Origin: Macrostomum lignano
Lineage: Eukaryota
Reading direction: 5' to 3'
Assembly (NCBI GenBank): GCA_002269645.1
Contig: NIVC01000319.1
Location: 496,001-560,000, forward strand
Length of the DNA stretch: 64,000 bases
The notes beneath the pieces were generated by a model. That model made no database searches and had not been told where the DNA came from. It saw only the letters and a list, made by a program, of their open reading frames with translations. This document shows, piece after piece, positions 59,836 through 64,000 of this stretch. A program made the position numbers and the translations under genes. The first letter of the stretch is position 1. Each line of letters starts with the position of its first letter.

Positions 59836-60924
59836 AGTGTGAGAGATAAAGACAGTAGAGGCGGAGAATGGGTGAAACCAGAGCACCAAACGAGTTTTAA
59901 GGATCAAATGAATGTTATGAATAGTTTCTATAAATTCTACCAGAATCAATAATTCTCAGAGAACCAGAAGACCCTAGTGACGCCAGACATCGCAAAGTCT
60001 CGCTGGGTTCCAAAGCAAAAAACGGAGGAAACAGACGAGAATGAAAGCAATAAAAGCAAAGTATAGAGGCAGCATGTTGCACTTAGCTTAATACCTTCTT
60101 GCATAACATGTCATAAAGCCAGCAGTTCCACTTGTGAGCAATAAATGTAGTTCATTTTGCTTCACAATCGCAATGAGTCCGCCTGGCAACAAGTACACCA
60201 CCAGATATTTCAACGCGTCAATCAAAGTTCTGATTGGAAATCCCGGCCTCAACCAGCTTGTCAAGCTGCGGGTCGACTCTGAGCACTCGGGTATGCATGA
60301 GTACGGACTCACTGTACATTGATAACCCTGTGCCCCGAGGGATGGGGTTTAAGCAGACCAGATTTCCGTCCCCATTGAACTCATTAAAGCGGTGATAATT
60401 TTGTCAACCACTGTAGCAACCTGAGTGACCTCGCTCAAGCGAGCTCTGCTCAAAAGTATGAGTACAATAATTATAGCAGATTATTTCTCGAGCCAGCCTG
60501 CAGCCGCTAGGAACTTGCGCGGCGCATAAAAAATCCCGAGAGCAGCGAAGAAAATCAGAAGAAATAAACAGTCGCAGCCCTCCGCTGGCAGCCCCGCATC
60601 CCGGATCCGCGGTTTCCGCTCCGGCCCCCCTGTGAGGCAGCGGATTGATGGCCGGCAGTCACGGGCCAGGCTGGCCGCAGAAGGGAAAGTGGAAAAAGTC
60701 GGTCGCAAAGAATCGGCCGCTGGCGCAGTGGCGGCAACTGCGGCGGGATAAAAGCGGTTAAGAAGATGCAGCGCAGAGGCTGCGTGCGCCGGCCCAGACG
60801 AACTTCATCCGCAAAGTGATCGCCGCAGAATTTCGTGAGGGACTCCAATAAAAAACTCGCTTTGCAGAGACCGATAAAGCTAAGGTCACGAGTTGCACTG
60901 GTCTGACTACAGATTAATGCAAGC

Positions 60925-61410
60925 TGTGATGGATTGCTAATCTAGCCAACACTATGGTAATGCATTGGAAAAGAATGGATTGCTAATCTAGCCAACAATA
61001 TAGCAATTAATTGGAATAGAATGGATTGCTAATCTAGCCAACACTATAGTAATGCATTGGAAAAGAATGGATTGGTAATCTAGCCAACACTATAGTAATG
61101 CATTGGAATAGAATGGATTGCTAATCTAGCCAACACTATAGTAATGAATTGGAATAGAATGGATTGCTAATCTAGCCAACACTATAGTAATGAACTGGAA
61201 TAGAATGGATTGCTAATCTAGCCAACACTATAGTAATGAATTGGAATAGAATGGATTGCTAATCTAGCCAACACTATAGTAATGAATTGGAATAGAATGG
61301 ATTGCTAATCTAGCCAACACTATAGTAATTAATTGTAATAGAATGGATTGCTAATCTAGCCAACACTATAGTAATTAATTGGAATAGAATGGATTGCTAA
61401 TCTAGCCAAT
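60925..61410. repeat. 46-bp minisatellite (TAGCCAACACTATAGTAATGAATTGGAATAGAATGGATTGCTAATC)n
   Basis: About 10 units. Confidence 0.95.
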
Positions 61411-61647
61411 CTTAAACATAGGACTACTGTATAACTATATTGCTTTTGTCGATCAAAATGAGCGAAAAAGTATACTATTATTGAAACATAAAAGCGTAAA
61501 AACGTATTCTGTAGGCATCAAATATGTTTAGAATGAAACATCTTATCCTAGATAATTTTATTACCATCGCTATTTGACTTCTGCCGCAGCAGAACTAGAA
61601 AATTAAAGGTTAAAGTGCAAATCGGAGAGCTCAAATGAAGTCTGCAG

Positions 61648-62966
61648 TCAGGCGATCACTTTCCCCCGCCGCAGCTCCAGCAGCTCCTCGCAGCCGCAGT
61701 CCAGCAGCTCGCCGAGCACCTCGTCAGTGTGCTCACCCAGCCTGGGCGGCGGCCGCGTCACTTCACCGCGCCGGCCGTCAAAACGGACAGCGGGACCCGG
61801 AGCGGTGACCCGGCCGGCCGCCGGGTGCTCGCAGGTGACCAGCAGGCCGCTGGCCGGATCTGCCACCGGCGGGCTGGCCAGGGCCTCCGCCACGGTGTTC
61901 ACCGGGCCGTACGGCAGGTCGGAGCCCTCCAGCGCCGCCAGCCAATCCGCCAGCGGCCGGGCGCGCACCAGGGCCTGAATTAGCGGGATCAGGCTCGTCC
62001 GGTTAGCAACCCGCAGCCGGTTGCTAAGGAAGCGAGGATCCGTTGCTAGGTGGGGAGCGCCGAGCCGGCGGCAGAGGACGCCGAATTGGCGGTCGTTGCC
62101 GGCGCCCAGGATGAGTTGGCGGCGGTCGCTGGTGTCGAAGGCCTGGTAGGGCGCGAGGTTGGCGTGCCCTGTGCCCCAGCGGCTCGGCTCCTGGCCTTCG
62201 AGGGTCGGTGGGTTCTGTGACGGACAGACAGACAGACTGACTGACAGACAGACAGACAGACTCTGAGCCCCTCACCGGTGTGCAGGAAGCTGGCAGCCAC
62301 ATGCGACATGGTGGCCACCTGGGTGTCCAGCAGGTTGGCGTCGATCCAGCAGCCCCGGCCGACCTCCCCCAGACTCTCGGCCGTCCGCCGCCGGTACAGG
62401 GCGGCCAGGATGGCGGACAGGGCATACAGGCCGGTGGACAGGTCCGTGACGGCCACCCCGGCCCGGACGGGCGGACCGTCGGGCTCCCCGGTGATGCCGA
62501 GGAAGCCGCCGATGGCAGCCGCGGCGACGTCGTAGCCGGCCCGCCGGCGCCACGGCCCGGACTGGCCGAAGCCGGAGATGCTGCAGTAGATGAGGCCGGG
62601 ATTCTGGGCGCTCAGCGAGGCAAAGTCCAGCCCGCGCTTCGCCAGCTTGCCGGGCACGAAGTTCTCCAGCAGGACGTCGCAGCGCCGGGACAGCCGGCGG
62701 ACCAGGTCGGCCCCGGCCGGCTGGCCGAAGTCCAGGCAGACACTGCGCTTGTTGCGGTTGACACTCAGGAAGTACACGGAGTCCTCGGCCGCGAACGGCG
62801 GCCCCCACTGCCGGGTCTCGTCCCCGCCGCCCGGCCGCTCCACCTTGATAACATCTGCGCCCATATCGCCCAGGATCATTGAGCAGTAGGGCCCGGCAAG
62901 CACCCGGGTGAGGTCCAGGACTCGAATCCCGGCTAGGGGCCGGTGGGCACTGATGGGGACTGGCGG
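61648..62966 (-). CDS. SUGCT: Family III (CaiB/BaiF) CoA-transferase, succinate-hydroxymethylglutarate CoA-transferase-like; exons 62966-62276 and 62195-61648, N-terminus unresolved
   Basis: PLAGIRVLDLTRVLAGPYCSMILGDMGADVIKVERPGGGDETRQWGPP, NRNKRS, GYDV, GVAVTDLSTG, APYQAF, PPRLGEHTDEVL; phase-1 intron 62275-62196. Confidence 0.92.
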
Positions 62967-62999
62967 CTGTGGGAATCAGAATCGTGACGAATAGAAGCA

Positions 63000-63200
63000 A
63001 GGCTGTCTGTCTGTCTTTCTGTCTTTCTGTCTGTCTGCCTGTCCATCTCTCTGTCCTGTCTGTGTCTTTCCGTCTTTCTGTCTGTCTGTCTGTGTTAGTG
63101 TCTTTCTGTCTGTCTTAGTGCGTCTGTCTGTCTGTCTATCTATCTATCTGTCTGTCTGTCTGTCTGTCTGACAGTCTGTCTGTCTGTCTGTCTGCCAGTC
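63000..63200. repeat. (TCTG)n-type microsatellite (also 62222-62262)
   Basis: Direct reading. Confidence 0.9.
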
Positions 63201-63779
63201 TGGCTCCCCATTCGCGGCTGACCGCAGCGAGCGAGGGCTGGTTCAGCAAGCACTCGTACGGGTATTTGCCCTCTCGCTAAATTCGACAATTAGCTCATCT
63301 AATTGCAGGAAGCGAGCGAGAGGCGCACAGGATGGGGATGGGAAGCGGGGGCAGCCAGCACGCGCAACAGGAAATCTTTAATGATGACGAAAAGCAGGTG
63401 GGGTCGCAGCTCGAATCCCGACCCGGAAGTGCTGCTCTTTTCCACCCCAAGAGCGTGCCTTCCCGCTGCCAACTGAAGGATAAAAAAACCGCCCCTAAGA
63501 TCATTACCTCCGGTAAAAAAGGTGGAATTTTCCAGAATGATCCAACGACTCCAGCAGCAGCGTGGCTTCAGCTCATAATAACCCCCCGCCAGCAGGCTTT
63601 GAGAACAGGCAGTTTTCAAGTGAAACACGAAAAGCACGGCTTGAAGCCTTTTTTGTTTCTTCAATCATCGGCTGATCTGTAGCAGTGGCAATGATTACAA
63701 ACGGCATGCGGTGTATTTTGGTCAGATTGGAACATTTGCATAGCAACTACAAGAGTTTGGATTTTCTAATCCCAGCTGT

Positions 63780-64000
63780 TCAGCTTCTTGACGACCGGGA
63801 CGCCTTCGACTTGGCGCCCTCGGCCAGCCGGTCCAGGCGCTCCCTGCCGGAGTCCTTGGCGGCGATGTTGCCTGGCGGAGCCACAAAGTAGTGCTCCTCG
63901 GTCTCGGCCGCGTTGCTCAGCACGGCCGTTCTGGGCTGCTCCGCCGGGGTGTCCGCGCGCAAAGGGCATCGCCAGCCCCAGGCCTCCGGCAGAGAGGTCA
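63780..64000 (-). CDS. GATC: 3' part of glutamyl-tRNA(Gln) amidotransferase subunit C (mitochondrial GatC)
   Basis: LRADT...VLSNAAETEEHYFVAPPGNI matches the eukaryotic GatC C-terminal signature; the ORF runs off the window edge. Confidence 0.85.
   Translation of the reverse strand, partial: TSLPEAWGWRCPLRADTPAEQPRTAVLSNAAETEEHYFVAPPGNIAAKDSGRERLDRLAEGAKSKASRSSRS

Noticed and set aside
60088-60312. 74-aa ORF with a hydrophobic segment
   Set aside because: Too short, with no supporting exons or motif

Overview
This is animal genomic DNA with GC3-rich exons, GT-AG introns and about 25 unrelated minisatellite arrays. The style resembles the flatworm Macrostomum lignano, but that is an inference and is not verified. 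Hand-splicing supports 11 genes or gene fragments: a 5'-partial multi-C2H2 zinc-finger gene, an acatalytic CA10/11-like carbonic-anhydrase-related protein, a BIR+RING IAP-like gene (-), legumain, AP1AR/gadkin, SIKE/FGFR1OP2, a degenerate secreted-protein ORF, a type I membrane protein with two PY motifs, a neuropeptide precursor with 19 amidated hexapeptides (17 FNGGMF-amide) (-), SUGCT (-) and the 3' end of GATC (-). Mobile DNA includes a 5'-truncated RT-RNase H LINE with a 12-bp TSD in the last legumain intron, a tRNA-derived SINE, hAT-like MITEs, a CpG-depleted LINE relic and a Gypsy RT relic. The most notable signals are the neuropeptide precursor, two CpG-depleted AT islands that hold all 10 exact TAGGCCTA palindromes I found, RFX X-box palindromes inside coding exons, a predicted membrane-anchored IAP, and 3' splice sites just upstream of most start codons (possible SL trans-splicing). 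Recurrent -1 frameshifts in G/C runs are probably assembly errors. All splicing, counts and family assignments were done by eye or from memory, without database searches.
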